From positions 334,366,001-334,430,000 of the forward strand of contig OZ024743.1 of NCBI GenBank assembly GCA_964016885.1: a DNA stretch of 64,000 nt, in the 5' to 3' direction. This stretch comes from Eledone cirrhosa (taxonomy: Eukaryota). Positions 32,165 through 45,477 of the stretch are shown one piece after another (the first letter of the stretch is position 1; each line of letters starts with the position of its first letter). Made by a program: the position numbers and the translations under genes. The notes under the pieces are model-generated. The model searched no databases. It saw only the letters and a list, made by a program, of their open reading frames with translations, and was not told the DNA's origin.

Positions 32165-32485
32165 GTAGCGAATTGGCGTTAGAAGGTCGGGTGGAATGTT
32201 TTGATTTATTCGTTTTGGATCTCTGCTCTGAGTATAAATCCCACCAAGGTCAACTTTGCCTTTCATTCATTCGAGGTCGATATAAAGTACCATTCTTGTA
32301 CTAGGGTAGATTCGTTTTCTATATCTCTTTTTCACTTCCATTCTCTCACTCTCTATCCTCCTTTGGAAGAAATCTGCTGTATTCAGACCGGGAGAGTAGA
32401 TGTGTTTTGCCAGTTTTAAAAAATGCCCTAGAAATGTATTTCAATACGACTCCAGTACAACTCTACCAAGAGTTACGTGTCCATA
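32165..32485 (+). mobile_element. SINE, long composite form (MetaSINE/MESC-like core)
   Basis: aggtcaactttgcctttcattcattcgaggtcgat..aagtacca core plus ggaagaaatctgctgtattcaga 3' module. Confidence 0.8.
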
Positions 32486-33315
32486 CATATCAAATATAAA
32501 ATAAACAATGATCCAATATATATACTACCATGGTATATATATTGAAACAGGCATAAAATATATATGAAAAATATTGCCTTTAATCAATATTTATCTATTT
32601 TGCGAGAAGTTATTTTTGCCTGCACAATATGGAAGAAATAAGCTTGTGTTGAGAACAGCTGCAGTAAACTTATACACTGGATGCAAGACAATGGATCTGG
32701 TATGTTCAAAACCTACATAGACGTCTCGAGACAAACGTGAGGTTCGTAAGTTTTTCGCTGTTCGGCTTCAGGCATATATACATATGCAGAATGGTTTCGA
32801 TGGCTAAAACCAAGGAAAAAATCGGCTAAAATAGAAATTTTCCTGAGTTACCCTTTAATACTCACATCTATGAATGAAGGTATATAAAGCACCACTGCTG
32901 TTCGTAGTGTAAAGAATCTCCTGTTTTTTGCTTTCCTACAGCCCTGGGTTGACACGTGTGAGTGAAATTGTGATGAGGGACACTGTTTAGAACCCTGTCG
33001 GATAGAGAGTACCTGTAATTCAGCCGGCCAGTCAATGTGTGTCGATAGATATTCCTGAGAATTACGTTAAGGGCCAGCTATTTACATGTCACGTCATTTT
33101 ACTGAGAAAACTGTTCCGTTGATCGCAGAACTGGAACACGCATTGTCGAAGCCCACAGAGGTCCTTGAATCCGAATACAATACACGCTACTAGAGAGTTG
33201 GTATATAGCTTTGAGAGTTGAATCTGTATGCCTTTATGCAACAACGATACTCAAGCTACACTGCTCTCAATTTCATACAAAAATCTTTACTATGTCTAAT
33301 GTGGAAAGTGATATC

Positions 33316-33653
33316 AGGCTAAACAATGCAAGGTAAATGGACGGCGATAAGATGAAGGTATCGAAAAAGTTAGTTACCAGGTAATCTTTATTTTCTTTAT
33401 TGTTGCTGTTGTTTGTTTTATTGTCCTAAAATTTCGGGACTTAAAATTCCCAGAGAAAAATGTTTCGGTCTTTTCTCTTTGGAATTGAATTTAGAATTAA
33501 ATTTTATAAATCACTTTCAAGCATTGTTTGTGAGAAATTTTATGACAAAAGAAACAACAGCAACAAAAAACAAAATAAACCAAAATAAAGATTAGCAGGT
33601 AACTAACTTTTTCATTACCTTCATCTCACCGTCCATTTTGCATTGTTTAGCCT
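33316..33653. mobile_element. MITE-like element with ~100-bp imperfect terminal inverted repeats
   Basis: aggctaaacaatgcaa..atggacgg..agatgaaggta..gaaaaagttagttacc versus ggtaactaactttttc..taccttcatct..ccgtccatt..ttgcattgtttagcct. Confidence 0.7.
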
Positions 33654-33724
33654 TATACATTTTTCCACATTATATATTATATGCTTCAAATAAACCACAA
33701 CATTTTATTATTTACTATATTTAA

Positions 33725-34180
33725 GGCGGTGGAATGGCAGTATCGGTACTGCTTTGCATCATAGAGTTACGGCCCTTTATGATCTGAGTTCAAATCCCGC
33801 CGAGGTTAACTTTGCCTTTCATCCTTACAGGGTCGATAAAATAAAGTACCAGTCACGCACTGGGGTTGATTTAATCGACTTTCTCCTTTCCTCAGATTGT
33901 TGGCCTTGTGCCTATATAAGAAACAATTATATACTATATTTGTTTTCTACAATGGCTCGAGGGTTGGTACAATCGCCGAGCGTCAGACAAAATATTTTTC
34001 AGTATTTATTGGACTCCATTACGTTCTGAGTTAAAATCTTGGCTAAATCAACTTTGTCTGTTACCCTTGCGGGGTCGATAAACTAAAGTAAAATACCAGT
34101 GTAGTACTTGAGTCTATATAATCAATTTTCTCCCTTTCCACTCCTCCAAAAATTACTGACCTTGTCCCTAAATTAGAAAC
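33725..34180 (+). mobile_element. Two tandem SINEs, short form (MetaSINE/MESC-like core)
   Basis: ggcggtggaatggcag head, gagttcaaatccc B-box, gttaactttgcctttcatcc..gggtcgataaaataaagtaccag core, ggccttgtgccta..agaaac tail. Confidence 0.85.
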
Positions 34181-34453
34181 CGATATCTTTGTATTCCTTT
34201 ATTTGAGTGACTAACGTCATTAATTGTACTGTGTAAAACGTGTCTTTACACCTCCCAAATAATTGTATAGATTGTACTACACAGACTGGACAATACTACT
34301 TAAAAAGATAAAGCATTGCACCGTAAAGTCTAATGTACCATGTCAACCTTCCTTTTATTAACATTTCTTTTTTGGTTTAATTTTCAAAAGAGGTGATGGT
34401 AGTTATATATATATATTATATATATATATATATATACACATGTATATATATAT

Positions 34454-34624
<171 letters not shown>

Positions 34625-34980
34625 TATATATATATTTCCCCAATTTGTCGATCAGCGTTATGTTCCATAATCATTTGTTTTAATTGGAAACTTAACAGAC
34701 GGCCGATCGTAATAAATTGCTTTCTAAATAGGACACTGCATTCTGCTTTGCAATAATTGTTGTGTTTTTTATTTAACAAAAAAAAAAAAAAAAAAAAAAA
34801 AAACTATTTTACATTGAAAATGGAGCTCACACGAGGGCGACTCACGCTTTATTCACAAACAAGTACTTTAACACACTTAAATATGTTTGTGTGTGTGAGT
34901 GTGTACATAGTCGGCATCATCATTATCATCCTTTAACGCCTGTTTTTCTCTCTCTATATATATATATATATTTATCCATG

Positions 34981-35037
<57 letters not shown>

Positions 35038-35156
35038 ATAATAATAAATTTGAAGACTAAAATCCAAAGAGGGCTCGATAAAGGATAAATATATATCAAA
35101 TATATAAGAACCGTAGAGCAAATATTTATTAAAATAACAGAATAAAGTTTAAGCAA

Positions 35157-35220
<64 letters not shown>

Positions 35221-35509
35221 GTACGTATATATGTACATATATCTATGTATGTATGATTATGTATACATACATATACGTACATGCATGCATACATATATAC
35301 ATACATAGATGCATGCACACACACAGACACATACATATATATACATACGCATGCAACCTTATCACTGGGAAGGCGGACGGTCAAAAATATACTCAAAATT
35401 AAAAGAAAGTTAGGAAGCGTTTATACATTGTTCTCATTATTTTAAATAATGAGAACATTAATACACCGTTAGTCAGAATAAAGGCGTATATGTAACTATA
35501 CATTATACA

Positions 35510-35815
35510 AACAAGGTGTAGTGGTTAGAGCATTGGGATTGCAATCGTAAGGGCGTGAGTTCGATTTTGAGCAAGACACTTTATTTCACATTACTCTAGT
35601 TTACTCAGCTGTAGAAATGAGTTGCGACGTCACTGGTGCCAAGCTGTATCGGCCATTGCCTTTCCCTTGGAACAACACCGGTGGAGAGGGGGAGACTGGC
35701 ATACATAGGCGACTACTGGTCTTCCATAAAAAACCTTGTCCAGGCTTGAGCCTCGGAGGGAAACTTTCTAGGTGCAAATCTGATGGTCATTTGTGACCGA
35801 AGGTTGTCTTTACTC
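35510..35815 (+). mobile_element. tRNA-derived SINE, family 2
   Basis: gtagtggttagagc..gtgagttcgatt..gagcaagacactttatttcac..actcagctg. Confidence 0.7.
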
Positions 35816-36221
35816 TTAATAAATATATTGTGTTGCTATAAATATTTAAGCTGCAAACATGTTGCAACTACTTTAGCAACCCCCGTAGGAGTAACGGATG
35901 CACATTTCCAGGAAGCATATAGCTTCTGGAATGTGTACATGGTCTCATAACTGGCGAGGGAGCCGGAGGAGCGCTGTATTGACATACGGCGTTTCTAGGG
36001 CATATTTTAGAAATGACTTCCACATGACAAAAACTGTTTCATTCGTAAAAATCATCAAGACTTTCCTAATGCTTTCTTACTGTTGAAACAGTTTTACTCT
36101 TGTAGAAGTCATTTCTATAATAAAATAAAGATGCCTGTACTCTAGTAACATATTGAATACTTTCTTTTCACTGTGGTCACCTCCCGATATAAACCGGGAA
36201 TCCACATATTATATATAAATA

Positions 36222-36322
36222 TACAGTGTGTACCCCAAAAATGTATACACACTTTGATTACCTGTACAGGCAATATTTATTAGAATGCTGTTGAAGTGTG
36301 TATACATGTTTTGGGACACCAT
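36222..36322. mobile_element. Tc1/mariner-type miniature element
   Basis: tacagtgtgtaccccaaaaatgtatacacactt / aagtgtgtatacatgttttgggacacc inverted ends in a TA context. Confidence 0.6.
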
Positions 36323-36330
36323 ATATATAT

Positions 36331-36740
36331 AAGGGAACAAAGAATCAATGTTGCATCATATACATATTTAATTACATATTACATATGTTTCACTGTCGAT
36401 CAGCTCGAGGAACGCTCTATTAATGATCGAACCTGACTCTTCTGGAATTGGAAGCTCCTCGGATATATTTTAACATGTAGACTCGCGTCTGAGACGTGAG
36501 TCTACATGTTAAAACATATCTGATGAGCTTCCGTTTCCAGAGTCAGGTTCTATCATTAATTGATCGCTCCTCGAGCTGATCGACAGTGAAACATATGTAA
36601 TATGTAAATAAATATGTATATGATGCAACATTGATTCTTTGTTCCCTTATATATTAATACTATTGATACTACTCTGGTTCCCAAGATCATCGAGTGGTCA
36701 TTCGGTATACCACCTACAGACGCAACTAATTTACACTTTA
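36331..36740. mobile_element. Palindromic Penelope-type insertion (arms 36331-36490 / 36492-36648) with ~90-bp tail
   Basis: Arms are imperfect reverse complements around 36491. Each has a hammerhead motif. TA-repeat flanks. Confidence 0.82.
36515..36604 (+). ncRNA. Hammerhead motif with extended stem II
   Basis: CAUAU-CUGAUGA-GCU..~55 nt..AGU-GAAA-CAUAUG-UA-AUAUG. Confidence 0.78.
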
Positions 36741-36776
36741 ATATATATATATAGGTATTAAGGTGCATATATATAT

Positions 36777-37439
36777 ATGAGGACATTCCGGACAAGAGAC
36801 CGAGAGACCATGTTGACACTATGGAGGATATTTGTCCTAAGCCGCTTGGACTATTGCTCCCTGCTGTGGTCAACCCATACTGTCAAACTAACCATGGAGC
36901 TTGAGACAATCCAGCGAAGCTACACCAAAAGGATTGCCACGATGAAGGAGATAAGCCACCGGGAGAGGCTAAAAGAACTGAAACTCTACTCCTTGGAAGG
37001 AAGGCGGGAGAGATACGCAGTGATATACATGTGGAAAATCCTGGAGGGACTAGCACCAAACTTTGGCATTGGGAGCTGGACCAACCCCCGAACAGGACGT
37101 CAATGTGTGTCTTCCACATCTAGAATAAGGAGCAGATATTGCAATAGACTGGGGTTCAAGGGCTCTCAACTCTGCAACAAGCTGCCGAGGGATCTGAGAG
37201 ATCTGCATGGTGTGGACGTGAATGTTTTCAAGAAACATCTCGAGACCTTGTTATCCAGGATCCCGGATGAGCCCACAGCAAGGCACGAGGGAAACCTAAG
37301 GGGGACAGCAACGATCTCTCTCTTACACCAGTGGCCAACCAATACAGGCTGTAGATAAAATGTGTAGCAACAAGGGCGGTGCCCCAGCTTGGCCTCAGTC
37401 GGATGGCTGGAACAGGTAAAAGAGTAAAAGAGTAAAAGA

Positions 37440-37441
<2 letters not shown>
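36777..37441 (+). mobile_element. CR1/L2-group LINE 3' fragment (post-RT region) with (GTAAAAGA)n tail
   Basis: RTFRTRD..VLSRLDYCSLLWS..LETIQRSYTKRI..ERLKELKLYSLEGRRER..KIL is typical of CR1-group ORF2 C-termini. Short tandem tail. Confidence 0.85.
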
Positions 37442-37521
<80 letters not shown>

Positions 37522-38066
37522 TAGCGAGAATCACATTTCGGCTATTGGAAATTAGCGAAAAACAACTTCCAGAATATGTGGCAAGCGCTCCATAGAAACT
37601 AGTGAACTAGAGCAACAAGATAGGTTAAAAGGCCAAACACACTGAGACGATGGTTAAACCATTATCCGCAAAGCCATAGAAACGACCAAGCTATTCGGGT
37701 CAAACAAATAATAAAATATGATTGAAAATTATACCCGGACCCATGGAAACGGTGGTAAAATCCAATATGGGGTTTCTGCAACTAAATGAGGTACTGTCTG
37801 CTCAAACAAATAAAGTTAAGCTTTTGGTATGATGATCGAACAAGGAAGTCACTTTTTCCACAGGCATTTACTTCTATGCAAAGCTAAGGAACAGACCGTT
37901 ATCTGAACGCACGTGGGGGGTTAGAAGGAAGACAACCCCTAGTCTTGGCGGACGAATTCAGTATGTGTGATTATTGCAAAATTGCAAAATATCACAAAAC
38001 GAATTAAGCTCTTAACAGAATAGTTTTTAAAATTAACATAAGCTATTAATCAGTCAATAGAATTAA

Positions 38067-38162
<96 letters not shown>

Positions 38163-38163
<1 letters not shown>

Positions 38164-39448
38164 TTAGGGTAAACATTGATGCAATTCAAATCAAGCACTC
38201 AACGTACTTATTCCACATAGGAGTGACGGAGTAAATATGGAATAAGGAAAAGCGAAGTAGTTTCAGATGTTCAAGTCCTTTAATAATAAATAATAATGCT
38301 GTGATATATATTTCAATGGCGAAAGTGGCCACACTGTTCTGTGTGCCAGTGTCGCGACATCGTGAGACAGCTTGTTACATAATAAGGTTATGTTTCCGAG
38401 GCAATCTAAATTGAATCGACAATAATATGGATCATTTTGCATATATGTACTCTGTGTGTTTTTGCATTCATTCATTCACTCATTCATTCATTCATTTATC
38501 CATTTATTCATTCATTGGTTCTTTTCTTTTGTGTACTTTATATATGTATTTGTTGGTTTTGTTCCATGTGATGGAAATTACGACTATGTACCCAATTGAC
38601 TACTACCCGTAATACTGTAATTTACCCTCAGTTCTACTGTATGGCACCATCGTTCAGTATGTAGATAGTGTAACTGTAACATTAGGACCCCTTTCAGAAC
38701 TTCTTACTTAAACATCTCTCTGCATATTATTTACTCACTTCAATCTATATTTTTTACTCACCTCAATCCGGATTCTCACTTGAAAAATCTTTAATTGTTT
38801 AATTTCTAATTGTTAATTTTTTAATTTATAATTTCTGATACTTGATTTAGGATTTTCGATTTTAAATTGTAATTTTTAGTTCTAATTTCACTTATAACTT
38901 CCAATATGAAACTATGATACATAGAATTAAATATATTCTCTTAGGGGTTGATGGTCAGTTATACTGTCCATGCTTGGTGAGAGGTAGTAAAGAGACCTGT
39001 AAATACTAACACTCTTCCATCTCCACTGGCTTTCGGCTGACTGCCACAGACGGTAGCAGTAAACTATGGGTAGCAGTAAACTATGGTGCAGGCTTGAACG
39101 GGTCATTGTTTGGCTGAGAGAGGGGACTGACTAAGCGAATTTCGTTTAAATCTGCGGTAGCTAATGGTCAACTTCCCCCTGGACCTGCGCCTGCGCAGAC
39201 CAGTGGGGGTGAATTGGTACTCACAGGGGAACGGATGAAGAACCCAAAAGCACATACTTCGTCCGTTCCCATGTCGATTCAATTTGGATTGCTTCGGAAA
39301 CATAACCTTATGTAACAAGCTGTCTGACGATGTCGCGACACTGGCACACAGAACAGTTCGGCCACTTTCGCCATTGAAATCTACATCACAGCAGCATTAT
39401 CATTAAAGGACTTGAACAGCTGAAACTACTTCGCTTTTTCTTATTCGA
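38163..39448. mobile_element. Non-coding fold-back Penelope-type element (family of 11289-12672)
   Basis: 38240-38420 is inverted against 39275-39447. Tail 38163-38238 is on one arm only. (TA)n and (CT)n flanks. Confidence 0.78.
39319..39392 (+). ncRNA. Type I hammerhead ribozyme motif
   Basis: GCUGU-CUGACGA-UGUCGCGA..UUCGCCAUU-GAAA-UCUACA-UC-ACAGC. The opposite arm has the palindromic UAUAUA stem III. Confidence 0.68.
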
Positions 39449-39449
39449 T

Positions 39450-39967
<518 letters not shown>

Positions 39968-40829
39968 GTGTGTCTGTGTGTGTGTGCATTTGTATTTGTG
40001 ATGGCCTATATGTAGTAAATGGTCAGTGAACTCAATACATATTCTAGAGTTTATCGATTTGTTAAAAGCTAAAGATGAAGTTTTCAGGAAATGGATAAAT
40101 CGTGTTGAAGAAATCCAAAGTAATCAATCTGCTACTTGTAAACTTGTTTTTCCTAAATATTTACATTGGAGGTGGAAATGTTGCTAATATTGAATGCCAC
40201 ATATTGCAACACGTTCTCCGGGGTCAAATCTTGTCAATTCGGTTACACATTTGTGTATCGCTGCCCGAAATGCAGAGAAAGAGGAGAAGGAGGAGTAGAT
40301 AACTATATATCGAGATTTGACTGGTTATTTCTTTTCGGGTGGAGTACATTTCGCTTGGGGAAGGACCTCCTCATAATGTGGAATGGTTGATTGCTGATGC
40401 AGCGGTTGTTGTTAACAGTTTCCCGTGACAAAGCATTCGCCATCTTGTTCGTGGGGTGCAGCTGAGATGTACTTCCCAGCCAAAAGGTTAGTGTTTATTT
40501 CCCTTCCCCCTTTTAAAAAAAAAAGTCTTATCTCCTCTTTTCCTTTTTCTGTTTTTTATCACCCTTCTTGTTTTTCTCTCACACATAAATCTATTGTTTC
40601 TTGTCACCTTCAGATGCAACTTGTACATCGCTGTCGTTCGTGTTTTAATCTCAAAATAGGTATTGATTATTTTATATAGGAGCATTGTCTTGGGGATTAG
40701 CTTGTGATGGGAAATCTGATTTTGTAATTTCCATGTGTTTTTCTAAAGGTATTAAAGATTTATGTGAAGAGAAATACCCACGTCTTAAAATGTTCTCTGT
40801 ATAAAACTAGCTTTCGTTAATGGCTACTG

Positions 40830-41025
40830 ATATAGAGACAAGGCCAGAAATTTTGGGGGAGAGGAAAGTCGATTGAATCGACCCCAGTGATACTTTATTT
40901 TATTTTATTTATACTTTATTTTATCGACGCCGTAAAGATGAAAGGCAATGCTAACTTTGGCGGGATTTGAATTTAGAATGTAAAGGGCCGTGACTCTATG
41001 CCGTGAAGCATGTTGACGGATGCTC
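40830..41025 (-). mobile_element. SINE, short form
   Basis: tttattttatcgac..gatgaaaggcaa..ggcgggatttgaa core in reverse. Confidence 0.75.
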
Positions 41026-41639
41026 TATAATAGAATAATTTTATATCTTGCCGTTTATTTTAATCGACATTGGTTTTATATTCACGAGTTTTCTTTTTAA
41101 TAATCGATCGACAATATCCCATACCTCGCTTTTTTGTGAGGTGGACCTCATCAAATAGGACCAAGGAAACAATATTTCCATTGGTCTTTCCATTGCTCAT
41201 ACCGTTTACCGGTCACAACTCCTGGTAGAAAGAGTAACATAGAATAAAGTGACTTGTTCAAGGACATAACGCATCGCCGGTCCGGGAATCGAATTCGCAA
41301 CCGTGAGGTTATAAATCCAATTCTCTAATCACTAAGCTAAAAGTCATCACCAATTATACGCATATGAATGTAAAAAATGGCGTTGTCTGTAGAGTAAGTT
41401 GTCGCACTAAGTGGCGTCCAGTGACGCAGTCTCCATAATCTAATAAGGAGGCTTACTTACGTAATGAAATGGAATGGACCTTCGTTGGTTTTTACGTTGA
41501 GTGTTTTCCTTGTTAGATCAACGGAATAGTCTGTTTGTTAAATTAACCTGCAAGCCGTTGAATACTCTTGAGCCACATGCATTCTTAACTTGCTTCTTAG
41601 TGAGATTTTGATTCATGAAACATAAGACCCATGTTAGAG

Positions 41640-42420
41640 AATTGATGGTCTCTTGCGTTAATGTGGAAATATCTAGAAGATTTATCATTCAAGATAGTCT
41701 TTAGTTTACGATTTGACATGAAAGACTTAATCAGTTTGAAAACCCGTCCAGAAATACCATAGACCCTCAACTTATGAAGACGTCAAGCATGCCAAACCCT
41801 GTTGAAAACCTTAAAAATATCTAAGGTAACAGCCCTTGCTTTCCGAGATAATGAGAAACAAAAGCCATACTGATTATCTGAAATAAGACTCAGTGAGGTA
41901 AGGTACTTAACCAATTCAGAATTGATTAAGCCTTCAAATATGTTGCTAAAAAGCAACAGAAAACTAATAGTGCGATGGTATCAAAGGAGCAGGTGGTTCT
42001 CCAGAGTTCTTAAAAACGTGAACAGCAGAAGAGGGTTGCCTACAAGATGCAAAGCAAGAATCAGCAAGGAAAATGTAAAGTTTAGATAGAAAAAGGAGCT
42101 AGTTGAAGAGAACATTTCTGCAAGACTATGACGGGAATACCACCAGGACCACATGCTTCATGGAGATCAAGATTTGAGATGGCATCAGAACCATGACGGG
42201 GGTGATATGCATATATCATAGTAGTCTGTTATTTCTAAGTAGAAAGTCAGGTAAAGATGAGTTAAGAGTAGAATTACCACATGTAGTCACAAGAACTAAA
42301 CTTTTTTGAAGCAACACTGTCTCTCATTCCGTCGGCAAACAAAGACTTGGTTTCGTTCATGACACGTTCACAGATGTTCCGAGCAATCACAAATAACATA
42401 TCACAAACGTTTGTTACAAC
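41640..42420 (-). mobile_element. Degenerate CR1-group LINE RT fragment
   Basis: Minus strand remnants: LDLHEACGPGGIP..LQKCS, RTISFL..SNIFEGLIN..LISDNQYGF, AVTLDI.KVFNRVWH..LHKLRVYGISG. Confidence 0.78.
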
Positions 42421-42456
42421 ATCCTAAGTATTTAAAGAATAGTAAATATTAATGTA

Positions 42457-42620
42457 TATGAGGGAGTGCTGAAAAGTTCCTGGCTTGATCGCTGCTAGAG
42501 GCCTGGTTGGAGACCCAACCTTCCGAGTTCTTTTTAGAGGGCTTAGAAAAACTGCAGGACCGCTGCAATGCGTATGTGAATCGAAGAGGGAAATATGTTG
42601 AATAAAATCATAATTGCAAA
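42457..42620 (+). mobile_element. Mariner-derived fragment
   Basis: tatgagggagtgctgaaaagttcctggc resembles a mariner TIR. tgtgaatcgaagagggaaatatgttgaataa resembles the transposase end (..GEYVE*). Confidence 0.55.
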
Positions 42621-42779
42621 AGGAGAAGACTATTGCCATTCGTCTTAACCATTCCGTGACGTCCTAAAACACTCCAGATGTGGTCATCCTTTCCCACACA
42701 TAAATTGAAATCTCGAAAAAGCAAGATCTTATCTGAGTCTGGAATCGATGTTATACACCCTCGTAAATCTATCCAGTAA

Positions 42780-43300
42780 TGAAAAGTCCTCTTGACAGAG
42801 GGCCTCTTAGGTGCATAATTCGATCACTAATGCCTTGTGGTGGTTCCAGTCGCTTTGTGTCCCCTACCCGGACAGCCAATCCTACTCCTCCATTTAGTTT
42901 CCCTTTCCAGAAGAACAGATAACTAGGACCTCTCTCTGATAAATGACCTTCTCCACTAAAACAGGTTTCAGATAGTGCAGGTATATCAATATTATACCTA
43001 CACAATTTTCTGCCAACAATAGCAATCCTGCGTTCTGGATTTGTCGATGGCTCCATGTCAAGAAGTGTTCTTATGTTCCATGTCACAACATTCAGTGCAA
43101 TTCTATTCTTTAGAAAATCACTATTCTTCTTGTTTTTCCTGCCGGTATAGTCAAACATCAGCTGCAGGTGGCTGACCAGCTTGATGGTGGAAGAGACAAT
43201 GTTTGGGTCACCTTTTCTAGACCTATCCTAGTTTTCTCCCTTGAAAGAGCTGCTCAGTCACAAAAGACTCCGCCTAAACCTATTCTGAAAACTGGCAATG
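42780..43300 (-). mobile_element. RTE/BovB-like LINE 5' fragment (APE endonuclease)
   Basis: VVTWNIRTLLD..PERRIAIV..RYNIDIPALSET..YLFFWKG..GVGLAV..ISDRIMHLR. Confidence 0.85.
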
Positions 43301-43637
43301 ACGTGAAAAAAGCCTCAAGTTGCCAGCGTTTAGATTAGCAACTGTATACCTCCAACTCTTTAAGTCTGAATACATCACCACAGGACTTTGAAGAGATATC
43401 TACACAAGAATATCAAAGCAGCATGTTGAATAAAACACCTCTCTAAGTACCAACAGCTAGACTCCAATGACAATCTGTAGCTGTATCAACTGCAGGTTTG
43501 TCAGAGTGTCTTTAAAAACAAACAAACAGAAACCCCTCATTTCACGCCCCCCCCCCCACAACTGTAAAGTGGTGTATGTGTATATAACGTTTCAAAGACA
43601 AATGTCTAATTCTTTTACAGAACGCTAGCTGATAACA

Positions 43638-43857
43638 TGGTGGTGAAAGTACGGATGGACGCTGTGCGAGATGAGGTTGGTGAAAGTACAGATGGAGGTA
43701 ATGCGAGATGGGGTTGTGGTAATAAAATGGTGGTGAAAGTACAGATGGAGGTAATGCGAGATGAGGTTGTGGTAATAAAATGGTGGTGAAAGTACAGATG
43801 GAGGTAATGCGAGATGGGGTTGTGGTAATAAAATGGTGGTGAAAGTACGGATGGAAG
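43638..43857. repeat. 53-bp minisatellite, about 4 copies
   Basis: tggtggtgaaagtacagatggaggtaatgcgagatggggttgtggtaataaaa starts at 43728, 43781 and 43834 (partial), with truncated units upstream. Confidence 0.9.
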
Positions 43858-44099
43858 TCATGCAAAATGAAGTTGTGGAAGAGGCACCAATTACAGAAGA
43901 AGAAATGGTTGGAGCAGCGTGTCTCAACGAAGATAATTTTAGAAAAATGTAAGGACGTGTGTTGCAAGTCATGAAGGAGGAATGTGGAGCGTTGTTGTAA
44001 GTGAAAATATAGGCCACCAACATTCTTAGTGGTGGTGAGTGTTGAAGTGGAAGAGGTGGCAACGTGATGTAAAAGGTCGAGGAAGACTAATTTGATAAA

Positions 44100-44480
44100 T
44101 CATGATTTCTAATATAGGCACAAGGCCAGTAAATAGAGGGCTTTATTTTATCCACCCTGGGAGGATGAAAAGCAAAGTTGATCTCGGCAGGATTTGAATG
44201 CAGGATGCAAAGTGGAGGAAGAAATAACGCTAAGCATTTCATCTGACGCTCTACTATATCTGTCAATCCAGCGCCCTTTTTTACCATAAATAATGGTTTC
44301 TGGTTTAGACACAAGACCAACAATGTTTCAGGAGGGGAATGTCAATTAAATCGACCCAAGTGTATTACTGGTACTTTATTTTATCGACCCCAGGATTTGA
44401 ACTCAGAATGTAAAGGGCTGTAAATATATACCACGAATCATTTCCTTCAACGCTCTATCGATACTGCCAATCTATCAGCC
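44100..44480 (-). mobile_element. Two tandem SINEs, short form
   Basis: Reverse core and tail motifs appear twice (ttctaatataggcacaaggcc; ctggtactttattttatcgacccc). Confidence 0.75.
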
Positions 44481-45477
44481 TTTGAAAAATAATAAATAAT
44501 AATCGCGTTCATAAAGTAACATTTGCTCTCTGCAGGTTTTTTTAGTTCTGCTTGTATTCAATCACAGTATTTTGTGTCTTGATGTTATCAATTCAGATTA
44601 TTCTCTTTCCATTTACTTTGCCTTCTATTTGCAGTTTCTTTTCTAATTACGCGTACAAAATATTTTATGTTTTCCGGCACCACTTAGCGTGGTATTAAAA
44701 AAAAAACCCTTGATTTTCTGTATCAATGATCTTACACCATGTAAGAAACACACAATAGATGCCGATATATGAAAAGGGAACTGACCTCCATCAGTTTTGA
44801 GGATGAGTGTTTCAATTATCCGATTAACAGAACAGTCTGTTCATGACATTTACTTGCAAGTGGATGAGTATTCCTATTCCATCGGCAAACTCACACAACG
44901 CAATTTTCAGAGTGTTTCAAGATGACTCATGTGTAAATTACAGGTACACTTCTCTAGACTGGCTTCCTTGAAACCAATTTCAATAACAAGGGCATTGATC
45001 GACTCGAGGCTTTCGTAAACGACACTTGCCCAAGATGCGAGGCTGTGGGGTTGAACCCGGAAACCTCATGATTGCAGTTATGCTGTATCCACAAATACAT
45101 GAAAATTGAGGTCACTGAGAGACAAACCTTAAAATCATTTGGCAATGAACGACTAATTTACCATCATGTGACGCTAAACTTCCTAGTTGTAGGCGTTGTA
45201 CTTTAGTTTTACACCTGGTAATTTGTATCGCAAGTAACGCTAAATGTTTGTCAATTTACATGGCATGTAATGGCCCCTAATTAGTAATTTGCATAGCATG
45301 TAAGATTATATACGTTAACGACTGGGAATATAATAAAACCATTACATTTTCAGTTGTATTACATTTACTGAAGTTATTAAATAATTTAGGTTCAAATTGA
45401 TACTCACTGCAATTGTTTATTATACAGCTACTGTACACCTAATAAGTCTTTCAAAATAACACTATTAAACATATTTG

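Noticed and set aside
32866-32920. Candidate minus-strand exon with gtgagt donor
   Set aside because: Poor polypyrimidine tract and no GPCR similarity in any frame.
33725-33800. tRNA genes suggested by gagttcaaatccc B-boxes
   Set aside because: These are SINE heads that continue into the SINE core and do not form a cloverleaf.
40020-40800. Possible highly decayed Penelope GIY-YIG remnant on the minus strand
   Set aside because: Only vague motif resemblance and many stops. It needs a profile search.
45408-45438. Possible next GPCR exon (ag|GTGTACAGT..|gtgagt)
   Set aside because: Only 31 nt, and VYSSCIINNC does not match the expected TM2 NLAxxD motif.
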